From assembly GCA_017467865.1 (NCBI GenBank), contig JAFUKG010000043.1, positions 45,443 through 109,442 on the forward strand: a stretch of 64,000 nucleotides of DNA, read 5' to 3'. A program made the position numbers and the translations under genes. A model generated the notes under the pieces. The model had not been told where the DNA came from and searched no databases. It saw only the letters and a list, made by a program, of their open reading frames with translations. This stretch comes from Clostridia bacterium (lineage in GTDB: Bacteria; Bacillota; Clostridia; Oscillospirales; SIG627). Of this stretch, positions 46,315 to 55,400 are shown in pieces. How positions within the stretch are numbered: the first letter of the stretch is position 1; every line of letters begins with the position of its first letter.

Positions 46315-46836
46315 TTATTTTTCTTCTTTTTTCGGCGAAATTACCAGCGTCATAAAACGTCCGTCAAGGCTGGGAGCCTTATCGGCGCCTCCTATATCAA
46401 CAAGGGCTTCCTTGATGTTCGCCATGAGGTCATAACCTCTGTCGGTGTGGTTCATCTCTCTGCCCGAGAATACGATTGTTATCTTTACTTTGTTGCCGTC
46501 ACCGAGAAATCTCTTTGCGTGATTAAGCTTTGTTTCAAAATCATGCTTGTCAATTCTGCAGGAGAACTTAATTTCCTTAAGCTCCACGGTGGTGCGCTTC
46601 TTCTTGGACTCCTTCTCCTTCTTTGTCTTTTCGTAAAGGAATTTGCCGTAGTCCATTATCTTGCACACAGGGGGCTCTGCGTTGGGGGACATTTCCACCA
46701 AATCAAATCCTGCCTCGTTAGCTGACTTAAGTGCATCTTTAAGGCTAAGTATGCCGAGCTGACTTCCGTCCGCTCCTATAACACGTACCTTCTCTGCTCT
46801 TATCTGTTCGTTGATAAGAAGTTCTTTTGCGCTAAT
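46315..46836 (-). CDS. infC: Translation initiation factor IF-3 (AUU start)
   Basis: The GGAGGTG RBS (46843-46849) lies 6 nt upstream of ATT (46836-46834), which precedes SAKELLINEQIRAEKVRVIG. This gives 173 aa. The track ORF start adds an unlikely extension. Confidence 0.85.
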   Translation of the reverse strand: MSAKELLINEQIRAEKVRVIGADGSQLGILSLKDALKSANEAGFDLVEMSPNAEPPVCKIMDYGKFLYEKTKKEKESKKKRTTVELKEIKFSCRIDKHDFETKLNHAKRFLGDGNKVKITIVFSGREMNHTDRGYDLMANIKEALVDIGGADKAPSLDGRFMTLVISPKKEEK

Positions 46837-46978
46837 GTAAAACACCTCCGAAAAAAATGTGCGGAGAAAAACTCTCCGCACAAAACATCAGGGCATTGCC
46901 CTTTAAAGTCTGTATTAACCTCAGCGCATTCAGGATGGCGGGGTGAGAACGGAGCGTTCTTCTTCTTTGTACTTACGA
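46837..46978 (-). promoter_or_regulatory. infC-rpmI-rplT leader (L20-leader-type attenuator)
   Basis: A ~135-nt leader lies between a consensus promoter and the RBS and ends in an intrinsic terminator. The position and logic match the Firmicute L20 autoregulatory leader. The fold was not verified. Confidence 0.55.
46851..46881 (-). terminator. Leader attenuator terminator upstream of infC
   Basis: GTGCGGAGA-gttttt-TCTCCGCAC followed by TTTTTTT, immediately before the infC RBS. Confidence 0.7.
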
Positions 46979-47007
46979 AGTATATCACAAATTTCTTTGT
47001 TTGTCAA
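46979..47007 (-). promoter_or_regulatory. sigmaA promoter of the infC operon
   Basis: On the minus strand: TTGACA, 17-nt spacer, TATACT. Overlaps the stop of the upstream gene. Confidence 0.65.
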
Positions 47008-48074
47008 CAGTTTTTTGTAAAAACTATTTCAGGTTCCTTTTCTGACAAAGTAATTGCACAGCCCTCATAGGTTTTCTTCTCGAAATCGGGCTGACCGCCG
47101 ACAATCGCCACCGAGCTTTGAAGTCCGTAGGAGTCAAGCTCACCGCCCGGATAAAAAATGCCGTTTCTGTGAGTATGACCGAAAAGCATTATTTCAGGCT
47201 TGATGCTCTCTCCTATCATCCTTGTCCACTCTCTGTAAAGGTCTTGCTCAATATCGAATGGGGGCTTTTGTATGTAGCAGAAGGGCACGTGGCAGATAAC
47301 AACCTTGTGCTTCTTGCCCTCGTATTCTCTCTTTTCGATAACCTCTTTTATAAATTCGGTCTCGCGGAGTCTGAACTCGTGGAAGCAGGTAGTGTACCCA
47401 TACTCGGCGTGGTCATCAGTCTTATCCTCTCCGCAATCAAGGACAAGTCCCCACAGAGAGCCAAGAGTGAAGGTATAATAAGGCACGCCGTGATTGTTGG
47501 GGGTATATTCGCCGAAGCTTTCGCCGTAAATACCTCTCGTATCGTGGTTTCCTCTTGAAAAGACAACGGGTCGTGTACCCTCGGTAAGACCTGAGGCAAT
47601 GCGGTAAATAGAATTGAAATTGGCAATATCGCCCGAATGGTTAGGGATATCTCCGTTGAGAACAAGAAGATCCAGCGCTTCTCCGAAATAGCTTCCCGCA
47701 GAAATGGGCTCTTCTTCAAAATTGTGAGCATCGGAAATATGATAAATATTTATTCTGTCCCCCGTGACAGGCTTGAATTTATAGCTAAGCTCCACGGGCT
47801 CTTCGCTTTCGGGAAAGTAGGGCTTGCGGTCTATCATTTTGCGGTAGCAAAGTGTATATTCACCTGCTTTGTCAAGGTCGCACATAGGGACTGCAACCTT
47901 GTGAACGTAGTTGCCGGATTTCAATATTCCGTTGGAGTCGTCGTAATATTTCTTGTCTCCCACCTTTACCCACACTACGGCAGATACGCCAAATGGGGTA
48001 ATGATTTCATATCTGTCCTCTACTGCAAAGACAGAGGGGTGTGCGTTTAAATTTTCAGGAACTGCTCTTTTCAT
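47004..48074 (-). CDS. Metallophosphoesterase
   Basis: ISDAHN, NGDIPNH, RGNHD, CHVPF and GHTHRNG motifs. Confidence 0.8.
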   Translation of the reverse strand: MKRAVPENLNAHPSVFAVEDRYEIITPFGVSAVVWVKVGDKKYYDDSNGILKSGNYVHKVAVPMCDLDKAGEYTLCYRKMIDRKPYFPESEEPVELSYKFKPVTGDRINIYHISDAHNFEEEPISAGSYFGEALDLLVLNGDIPNHSGDIANFNSIYRIASGLTEGTRPVVFSRGNHDTRGIYGESFGEYTPNNHGVPYYTFTLGSLWGLVLDCGEDKTDDHAEYGYTTCFHEFRLRETEFIKEVIEKREYEGKKHKVVICHVPFCYIQKPPFDIEQDLYREWTRMIGESIKPEIMLFGHTHRNGIFYPGGELDSYGLQSSVAIVGGQPDFEKKTYEGCAITLSEKEPEIVFTKNC

Positions 48075-50075
48075 TTATATATCCTCCCCTGCTATAACAG
48101 GCTCGCTTTCGGCAAAGGTAGTTCGCTTGCCGTTGGTCTGCTTAACAGTTATAATATCGCCGTAAATAATTTCAATATCGGGTACAAGAAGGGTATTGTT
48201 GTCAATAAACTGTGTTTCCTGCTTCTCGCCGTTTATGGTTACTCTTGTGAATTCTGTAAATGCTTCACCCTTTACCTCAAGCCCAAAATAGGTATTGGAA
48301 ATAGAGGTTATTTCAAGGGGAATTATTCCCATCTGAAGCTCTGTGGGAGTATAGCCTATATCGTAACCATAGCACTCCTTCTCGCCGTAGAGCATATCGT
48401 ACTGGAGCATTTCAAGATATTTGTAATAGTCCTCGTCGGATGAGCTGTTCTGATGAAGCTTTGTTATAAGTCCGTTGTTCATGCCAAGCTCTCCGAGAAT
48501 GTGAGAGGTAAGCTCATATGAGTAAAGGTCTCTTGCTTCGGCATCCAAATCGTAATTTGACCAGATAACGTACTCGGTCTGATATACGTCGCCGTTATCC
48601 ACCTCAGAGTCCTTAAGTCCGAAATAAGGAAGGTGGTCGCCGTACATTACCACGACTGTCTTTTCATCTCTCTGAGAAAGAAGCGACAGAAGCTCCTTCA
48701 AGAAGTCGTCGTCGGCTCTGAGCTGAGTCAGATAATATTCAAAAGCGGTTTCGTCAACCTCGGTTTCAGGGTTAAGGGTTTCTACATCAAATATATAGTC
48801 AACTCCGTCTACCTTCTCTTCCGAATACACGCCGTGAGCCTGAACGGTAATGGCATATACTAAGTCCTGCTCCTCGGTTGAGTCGAGAGCCGTGATAATC
48901 TCCTTGGTAAGAACGCTGTCGTTAGCCCAACCGATTGCGTTATAGGTAACGTCCTGCATAAACTCAAGGGGAGTAAAGGTATCAAAGCCAAGGCTTGAAA
49001 ATACGTGTGCACGGTCATAAAAGGAGCCTTTGTGGTTGTGTATGGCGTGAGCCTTATATCCAAGCTCGCGAAGATTAAAGGCGACGCTTTCGCAGGCAGT
49101 ATTCTGAAGCACCGTTTTGTAAGGATACTCACCGGGGCCGAAGAATTCAAGAGACATACCCGTGAGAATTTCAAATTCAACGTTGGCGGTTCCCGAGCCG
49201 ATGTATGGAACCTTTAAGTAGCCGTGAGGAAAATTATTTTTAAGCGACGTAAAGAAGGGTATGGGATTTTCGCTGTACTTAAGAGATGTTACGTGATTTA
49301 CGTCGAAGAAGGACTCAAGCTGTAAAAATATTACGTTGGGCTTTTCTTCGGGGGAAAGCGTTTCCTCTGCCTTTATCTCATCGAGAATGGTTACAACCTT
49401 TTCCTCAGAATAGTCAGAGGGGCGTGCTATTCCCGTTTCAAACACCGAGCAGGAAAAGCAATATACAAAGCCGTAGTCCTCGTAAGCGTCGTTGAGGTTA
49501 GTGAATTTCTTGGAGATAAAGCCGTTCTGGATGCAGACGCTCAAGAAGATGGAAATCGCCACCACTGTCAAGGGGATTGAGACAACCGCTACGTTCACAA
49601 GACGCCGGCGCCTTGCACAATAAATAAAAAGTAAAATAAAGCCTGCAACAATAAGTATAACAGCCAACACTGCCACGGCAAAAACCCATCCCTCAAGGTA
49701 GAGGTTGAATATTCCGAAGATAGATTTGATTTTCACAAAATCAGTTGCCGAGACGGGGTTTACTCTGTAAGCCAGGACTGCACAGTTAATAACGCCCAGC
49801 GCAAGAAAAGGAAAAACTGCAAGAGTCAGCGCAAAGGCACGTCTTTTGAAAAAGAGTGAAATAAGTGACACCGCGAATATCAAAAGTGAGTTATATAAAA
49901 ATACTGCGGGTGAATCAAAGACGTGGATTATTCCGCGAATTACCGACTGTCGGCTGAGCATTTCTACCACGAGGTTTACCGCCATTGACAGTAAAAAGCA
50001 ATATAAAACTGCGTGCTTTACAAAAAAGGCACATATTCTTTTATAGTTTTCTTTATTAAATATTTTTTTAAGCAT
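48075..50075 (-). CDS. LTA-synthase-family sulfatase-domain membrane protein (LtaS-like)
   Basis: Five N-terminal TM helices plus an extracellular sulfatase domain (NVIFLQLESF, GTANVEFE). Start chosen at ATG 50075 (MLKKIF); the track uses a TTG 36 nt upstream. Confidence 0.8.
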   Translation of the reverse strand: MLKKIFNKENYKRICAFFVKHAVLYCFLLSMAVNLVVEMLSRQSVIRGIIHVFDSPAVFLYNSLLIFAVSLISLFFKRRAFALTLAVFPFLALGVINCAVLAYRVNPVSATDFVKIKSIFGIFNLYLEGWVFAVAVLAVILIVAGFILLFIYCARRRRLVNVAVVSIPLTVVAISIFLSVCIQNGFISKKFTNLNDAYEDYGFVYCFSCSVFETGIARPSDYSEEKVVTILDEIKAEETLSPEEKPNVIFLQLESFFDVNHVTSLKYSENPIPFFTSLKNNFPHGYLKVPYIGSGTANVEFEILTGMSLEFFGPGEYPYKTVLQNTACESVAFNLRELGYKAHAIHNHKGSFYDRAHVFSSLGFDTFTPLEFMQDVTYNAIGWANDSVLTKEIITALDSTEEQDLVYAITVQAHGVYSEEKVDGVDYIFDVETLNPETEVDETAFEYYLTQLRADDDFLKELLSLLSQRDEKTVVVMYGDHLPYFGLKDSEVDNGDVYQTEYVIWSNYDLDAEARDLYSYELTSHILGELGMNNGLITKLHQNSSSDEDYYKYLEMLQYDMLYGEKECYGYDIGYTPTELQMGIIPLEITSISNTYFGLEVKGEAFTEFTRVTINGEKQETQFIDNNTLLVPDIEIIYGDIITVKQTNGKRTTFAESEPVIAGEDI

Positions 50076-50141
50076 AATAATTACCTTAGTACGAAAGTGG
50101 CTTGCATACAAAAGTAATTTTACTCTTTTTTATTCCTTTTG

Positions 50142-50690
50142 TCAATACGCAAGACGATGAAAGAGGTCAAAGAGGAGACTCCTGATTTTGACGATACTGC
50201 CATCACCAAGTATTACCGTCTTACCTCCGCCACCCTCTTCCCCTAAAGACAAAGATGCACCAAGGGTTATTTCGGGGAACATTACGCTCCACCAGTTGTG
50301 ACCATTGCCTTTTCCAAGAGTGACGGTGAGAGCCAGATAGTCCCCCTCGGGAAAGGCGGAATTGCCAAGGGCTTTTCGGTCAAAGTAACGCACTCCCACC
50401 TCTACAGACGCACCGTAGGACACGCCTTCCTCTTCAAGGAGTGACTCCGCCTTTTCTTCTATTTCAGAAATTCTTGAAGAAAGTCCCTTTTCTATGCTGT
50501 CAAGGTCAGAAAACTTTTCGTTTTTCAAAAGCTCTGTCACCGCTTCCGCCACCTTCATTTTAATTGCTATGTCCTCGGTACTGTCGGAATTTGCAATGAC
50601 GTGCACTCTCGCCACCTCACCCGCCTCTCCTTTGGGGATAAAAGCAATAAGTAAAACAGAGGATAAAAGTATTGGTAAAATATATCTCAT
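50142..50690 (-). CDS. spoIIR: Stage II sporulation protein R
   Basis: Signal peptide, then VARVHVIANSDSTEDIAIKMKV, which is the SpoIIR signature. Confidence 0.85.
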   Translation of the reverse strand: MRYILPILLSSVLLIAFIPKGEAGEVARVHVIANSDSTEDIAIKMKVAEAVTELLKNEKFSDLDSIEKGLSSRISEIEEKAESLLEEEGVSYGASVEVGVRYFDRKALGNSAFPEGDYLALTVTLGKGNGHNWWSVMFPEITLGASLSLGEEGGGGKTVILGDGSIVKIRSLLFDLFHRLAY

Positions 50691-50751
50691 AAAAGCTCCT
50701 TTCTAAAGTATTATTGACACTTTGGAAAGGAGGTAATCGCAATTCGATTTT

Positions 50752-50800
50752 CGATATCATGATATTATGACATTATGATATCATGATATCATGATATCAT
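50752..50800 (-). repeat. ATGATATC octamer tandem array, locus 2 (inverted relative to locus 1)
   Basis: CGATATC/ATGATATT/ATGACATT/ATGATATC x3. The reverse complement aligns with 32180-32230, including the flank ATTTATGATATC. Confidence 0.85.
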
Positions 50801-50840
50801 AAATGACAATACAAGAAAGGAGGCGAAGCTCCTTTCTTTG

Positions 50841-50890
50841 TATGCAGAGTGCTGAATGCAGAATTAAGGTAAATTTGCTAAAGCAAAATT
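50841..50890 (+). repeat. Heptad-repeat element, copy E (left arm + hairpin)
   Basis: TATGCAG/AGTGCTG/AATGCAG, AATTAAGG, AAATTTGC-taa-AGCAAAATT. Preceded by the hairpin AAGAAAGGAG-gcgaag-CTCCTTTCTT. Confidence 0.75.
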
Positions 50891-50894
50891 GAAA

Positions 50895-51443
50895 TTAGTT
50901 GATATCTATATATTCAGCCAAAAAATGCGGTATAGATACTTGGCTATTCATAACCGTAGTATATGATTTTATTCCATTAAGTGTACCATACATAGTTATT
51001 ATATCATCCACAAGAACTCTGCCCTCATTGGCATTCTTTTTTTGATAGTCAACATATATTGTATCTGTCCAAAATCCAAAATCTTCTTCAGTTACATCGA
51101 CTCTTAAAATGACATTGTTTCCGCTTTCCTGTACTTGAATGACCTGACCCGTAAAAACTGCCATTACCCCCTCGTAATTACTTGGGTATCTGCTTATATC
51201 ATCATAATAAACAACACAGCATTTTGATTTATATTCACTTTCATCCAAAACAACTTCTTCATAATCAATGTTTTCTTCAAAAACAGTTTGCTCTTCTTCA
51301 CCACTATAAGAATTATTAGAAGTTTCGTCTTCTTCCTCATTAGAACCTATATACGCTAAAAATATCAATACTGCTATAACCCAAACCCACCATTTCTTGT
51401 AAAATGGTTTTTTAACTTTTATAATTTCATTAGGCTTTTCCAT
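50895..51443 (-). CDS. Hypothetical membrane-anchored protein with an acidic linker
   Basis: 182 aa with an AAGGAG RBS. One TM helix (WWVWVIAVLIFLAYIG), a Glu-rich linker and a beta-rich C-terminal domain. No family recognised. Confidence 0.6.
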   Translation of the reverse strand: MEKPNEIIKVKKPFYKKWWVWVIAVLIFLAYIGSNEEEDETSNNSYSGEEEQTVFEENIDYEEVVLDESEYKSKCCVVYYDDISRYPSNYEGVMAVFTGQVIQVQESGNNVILRVDVTEEDFGFWTDTIYVDYQKKNANEGRVLVDDIITMYGTLNGIKSYTTVMNSQVSIPHFLAEYIDIN

Positions 51444-51545
51444 TTTTTCTCCTTTTTAAAGTCATTGAGACTATTATTTTAAAATTATTATAGACGATTT
51501 TTGTCTAAAAGTCAATAGAAAGTTTCTGTCTAAACTATAATAAGA

Positions 51546-51794
51546 TTGTCTATTAGAAAGGAAGTGAAGTTATTGACTTTTGGTGAGAAGATAAAGAGCT
51601 TGAGAGAGAATGCTGAGATTAACCAAACTGAGCTTGGCAAGAAGGTTAATATGACACAAAGGAAGATATCATACATTGAATGCGGAAAGTGTGAGCCGAG
51701 CATTGAGGACATTATTTCTCTTTGCAACTATTTTGAGGTTTCTGCCGATTACCTTTTGGGAATAAAAAAAGGATACAAATATATAGAACGATAA
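51546..51794 (+). CDS. XRE-family HTH regulator
   Basis: FGEKIKSLRENAEINQTELGKKVNMTQRKISYIECG. The start is uncertain; GTG 51564 or TTG 51573 after GGAAG are alternatives. Confidence 0.75.
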   Translation: MSIRKEVKLLTFGEKIKSLRENAEINQTELGKKVNMTQRKISYIECGKCEPSIEDIISLCNYFEVSADYLLGIKKGYKYIER

Positions 51795-51902
51795 AAGTGT
51801 TTGAAAATGACAATTTTAGACACTTTTATTTTTTTGTAAAATGAGCATACTACATTTGAGAGTTTAGAAAAGCTCTCATAAAACTCATTTTAGGAGTATA
51901 AA

Positions 51903-52151
51903 ATGAAAAAGATATTAATAGGACTTGCTCTTATTTCTGCGTTATCCATGTCTCTTGTTTCATGTCGGAATTATGATGCTGACAATGGCACTTATGGTTA
52001 TTATAACAACAGAGTTGATGACAGAGAGAACAACCGTAACGTTGCGAGAGAGACCCGTGACAGAATTATGAATTCTTATGACAAGGCAAAGAACAACGTC
52101 AAAAATGCTGTTGACAACGTGACCGACGACGTAAAAGATATGATGAGATAG
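51903..52151 (+). CDS. Small hypothetical lipoprotein
   Basis: 82 aa with an AGGAG RBS, lipobox LVSC and an Asn/Asp/Arg-rich mature part. Confidence 0.6.
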   Translation: MKKILIGLALISALSMSLVSCRNYDADNGTYGYYNNRVDDRENNRNVARETRDRIMNSYDKAKNNVKNAVDNVTDDVKDMMR

Positions 52152-52179
52152 TTTAATGGAGGGGAGACCCTCCATTAAA

Positions 52180-52435
52180 AATGCAGAGTGCAGAATTATG
52201 AATGCAGAATTGTTGTTGATTTGCTTATAGCAAATCTTCTTTAATCAACATTCAAGGGGAGCACTTTTTATAAAAGTGTTCCCCTTGAGAACCCTATGAA
52301 AACAATTATTGTATTTTTCGTGGGAGTTTGAGGGAGTGCTTCTTTATAAAAAAGCATTCCCTCAAAATATAATAAATTAATTTTCTGAAAGAAAATTCAC
52401 CTTAATTCTGCATTCTGCACTCTGAATTCTGAATT
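52180..52435 (+). repeat. Heptad-repeat element, copy F (composite, with an inserted hairpin mosaic)
   Basis: Left arm AATGCAG/AGTGCAG/AATTATG/AATGCAG then AATTGTTG and TTGATTTGC-ttat-AGCAAATC. About 150 nt of G-rich hairpins follow. The right arm is CCTTAATT then CTGCATT/CTGCACT/CTGAATT/CTGAATT. Confidence 0.8.
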
Positions 52436-52440
52436 AACTA

Positions 52441-52467
52441 AAACAAAAGCACCCCGAAGGGTGCTTT
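52441..52467 (-). terminator. nifJ terminator
   Basis: AAAGCACCC-cgaa-GGGTGCTTT, followed on the minus strand by TGTTTT. Confidence 0.75.
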
Positions 52468-52472
52468 ATGTT

Positions 52473-55400
52473 TTAGTTATTGTCGTACATCTTAGCCTGT
52501 CTTACGAGATCCTCGTACTTTTCCTTCGCCTTAGCTGCTGCAGCCTCGAAGAGAGCGTTTGCTCTGTCGGGGAATGCACGAGTAAGTGAGGAGTAACGAA
52601 CCTCGGAGTTGATGAACTCGATGTAATCCGCTGTGGGCTCCTTAGAGTCGATAGTAAGAGGATTCTTGCCTTCAGCCTTGAGAGCGGGATTAAATCTGAA
52701 GTTCTGCCAGTAGCCTGCCTGAACAGCCTTCTTCATTTCTGCCTGACAGTTAGTCATACCGCCCTTGATTCTGTGAAGCTCACAAGGTGAGTAGCATATG
52801 ATGATGGAAGGTCCGTTATAAGCCTCTGCCTCTGTGATTGCCTTGATAGTCTGATTCATATCAGCGCCCATAGCAATCTGTGCAACGTATACGTAGCCGT
52901 AGGACATAGCAATCTGTGCAAGATTCTTCTTGCTGATAGCCTTACCTGCTGCTGCAAACTGAGCAACCTGACCGATGTTGGAAGCCTTGGAAGCCTGTCC
53001 GCCGGTGTTGGAGTAAACTTCGGTATCGAATACCATAATATTTACGTCCTCACCCGAAGCGATAACGTGGTCAAGACCGCCGAAACCGATATCGTAAGCC
53101 CAACCGTCTCCACCGAAGATCCATACGGACTTCTTGGAGAGGTAGTCTTTTTCCTTGAGTATTTCGGGAGCAACGGGGCATCCGTCCTTCGCTGCCTTTT
53201 CAAGCTGGGCTACGAGAGCCTTAGTTGCTGCATCGTTTGCCTTGCCGTCCTCAAGTGTATCAAGGTAAGCCTTTGCAGCTGCCTTGAATTCGTCTGAAGC
53301 CTTGTCGGAGGCTGCCATTTCTTCAACCTTACCGATAAGTCTTGAACGGATAGCCTTCTGACCAAGGTACATACCGAGACCGTGCTCAGCGTTGTCCTCG
53401 AAGAGTGAGTTAGCCCAACCGGGTCCGCGCTTGGTATCTCTGTTTACGGTGTAAGGTGTAGCAGGTGCCGAACCGCCCCAGATAGAAGAACAACCTGTAG
53501 CGTTGGAGATGTACATTCTTTCACCGAAGAGCTGAGTAACAAGTCTTGCGTATGTGGTTTCTGCACAACCTGCACAAGAACCTGAGAACTCAAGGAGAGG
53601 CTGATTGAACTGGCTTCCCTTGATAGTTGTATCTGCGAAGGGAACGTCCTTCTTTGTAACCTTTTCGGTTGTATATGTCCAAACGTCTGCCTGAGCGGAC
53701 TCCTTAGCCTGAGGAACCATAACAAGTGCCTTTTCCTTAGCGGGACAGATGTTAGCACAAGCGCCACATCCCATACAATCGAGGGGTGAAATTGCGATAG
53801 CGAACTTGTATTCTTCACAGCCCTTGCCCTTCATCTGAGTCATCTTCATAACTTCAGGAGCGTTAGCTGCCTCGTCAGCGGAAAGAGCGTAAGGACGAAG
53901 TGTTGCGTGAGGACATACGTAAGAACACTGGTTACACTGGATACAGTTTTCGGGAATCCACTGAGGAACCTTAACTGCAACACCGCGCTTTTCGTAAGCA
54001 GCTGCACCCTGAGGGAACGTACCGTCTACATACTTTTCAAATGCTGAAACGGGAAGAGAGTCACCCTTCATAGCGCCAACGGGGTTAACTACGTTGTTTA
54101 CGAAGTCAACGAGCTCTGCTCTGTCGCCTGTAACTGCAGCAGCGGGAGCATCCTTGCCTGCGTTCTTCCAAGCGTCGGGAACCTTAACCTCAACAAGAGC
54201 GCCTGCGCCTGCGTCGATAGCGGCGTAGTTCTTGTCAACGATTTCCTGACCCTTCTTGCTGTATGACTTGTATGCCATCTTCTTCATGTAGTCAACTGCT
54301 TCCTCTGCGGGAAGAATCTTTGCAAGAGCAAAGAATGCTGACTGAAGAACTGTGTTCTTAACCTTACCGTCACCAATCTGGTTGAGAGCGATGTCGGTAG
54401 CGTTGATTATATAGAACTTAACGTTGTTGTTAGCGATGTAAGACTTAACGCTTGCGGGAAGGTGTGCGTCAAGCTCTGCTTCTGACCAGTTACAGTCAAG
54501 AAGGAAGGTACCGCCGGGAACGATGTCAGAAACCATATCATACTTTGTAAGATATGCCTGGTTGTGACAAGCAACAAAGTTAGCCTTATTGATGTAGTAA
54601 GGAGACTTGATAGCCTTATCACCGAAACGAAGGTGAGAAATGGTGATACCGCCTGTCTTCTTGGAGTCATACTGGAAGTATGCCTGAATAAACTTGTCGG
54701 TGTGGTCACCGATAATCTTGATAGAGTTCTTATTAGCACCAACGGTACCGTCTCCGCCGAGACCCCAGAACTTACAGCTGATAGTTCCCTCAGCAGAAGT
54801 GTCGGGAGCGGGCTTCTCTTCAAGAGAAAGACCTGTTACGTCGTCAACGATTCCGATAGTGAAGTTGTTCTTAGGAGCGTCAGCTGCAAGGTTTTCATAT
54901 ACTGCGAATACGCTTGCGGGAGGTGTATCCTTAGAACCGAGACCGTATCTACCGCCAACGATAGTTGCCTGTCTGCCTGCATTTGCAAAAGCAGTAACAA
55001 CGTCAAGGTAGAGGGGCTCACCGAGAGAACCGGGTTCCTTTGTTCTGTCGAGAACTGCAATCTTCTTAGCAGTTTCGGGAATAGCTGCAAGGAGCTTGTC
55101 TGCACGGAAGGGTCTGTAAAGACGAACCTTAACAAGACCAACCTTTTCGCCGTGAGCGTTAAGGTAGTCAACAACCTCTTCAGCAACGTCACACATAGAG
55201 CCCATTGCGATGATAACTCTGTCAGCGTCAGCAGCACCGTAGTAGTTGAAGAGCTGATAGTTTGTACCAATCTTAGCGTTAACCTTAGCCATGTACTCTT
55301 CTACGATTTCGGGAAGAGCATCATAGTAACGGTTACAAGCTTCTCTGTGCTGGAAGAAGATATCTCCGTTTTCAGCGGAACCGCGGAGAACGGGGTGCTC

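Noticed and set aside
50691-50751. Plus-strand AGGAGG at ~50728 followed by ATG codons inside the octamer array
   Set aside because: The resulting ORFs are 3-4 codons long. The motif more likely belongs to the spoIIR upstream region on the other strand, or is there by chance.
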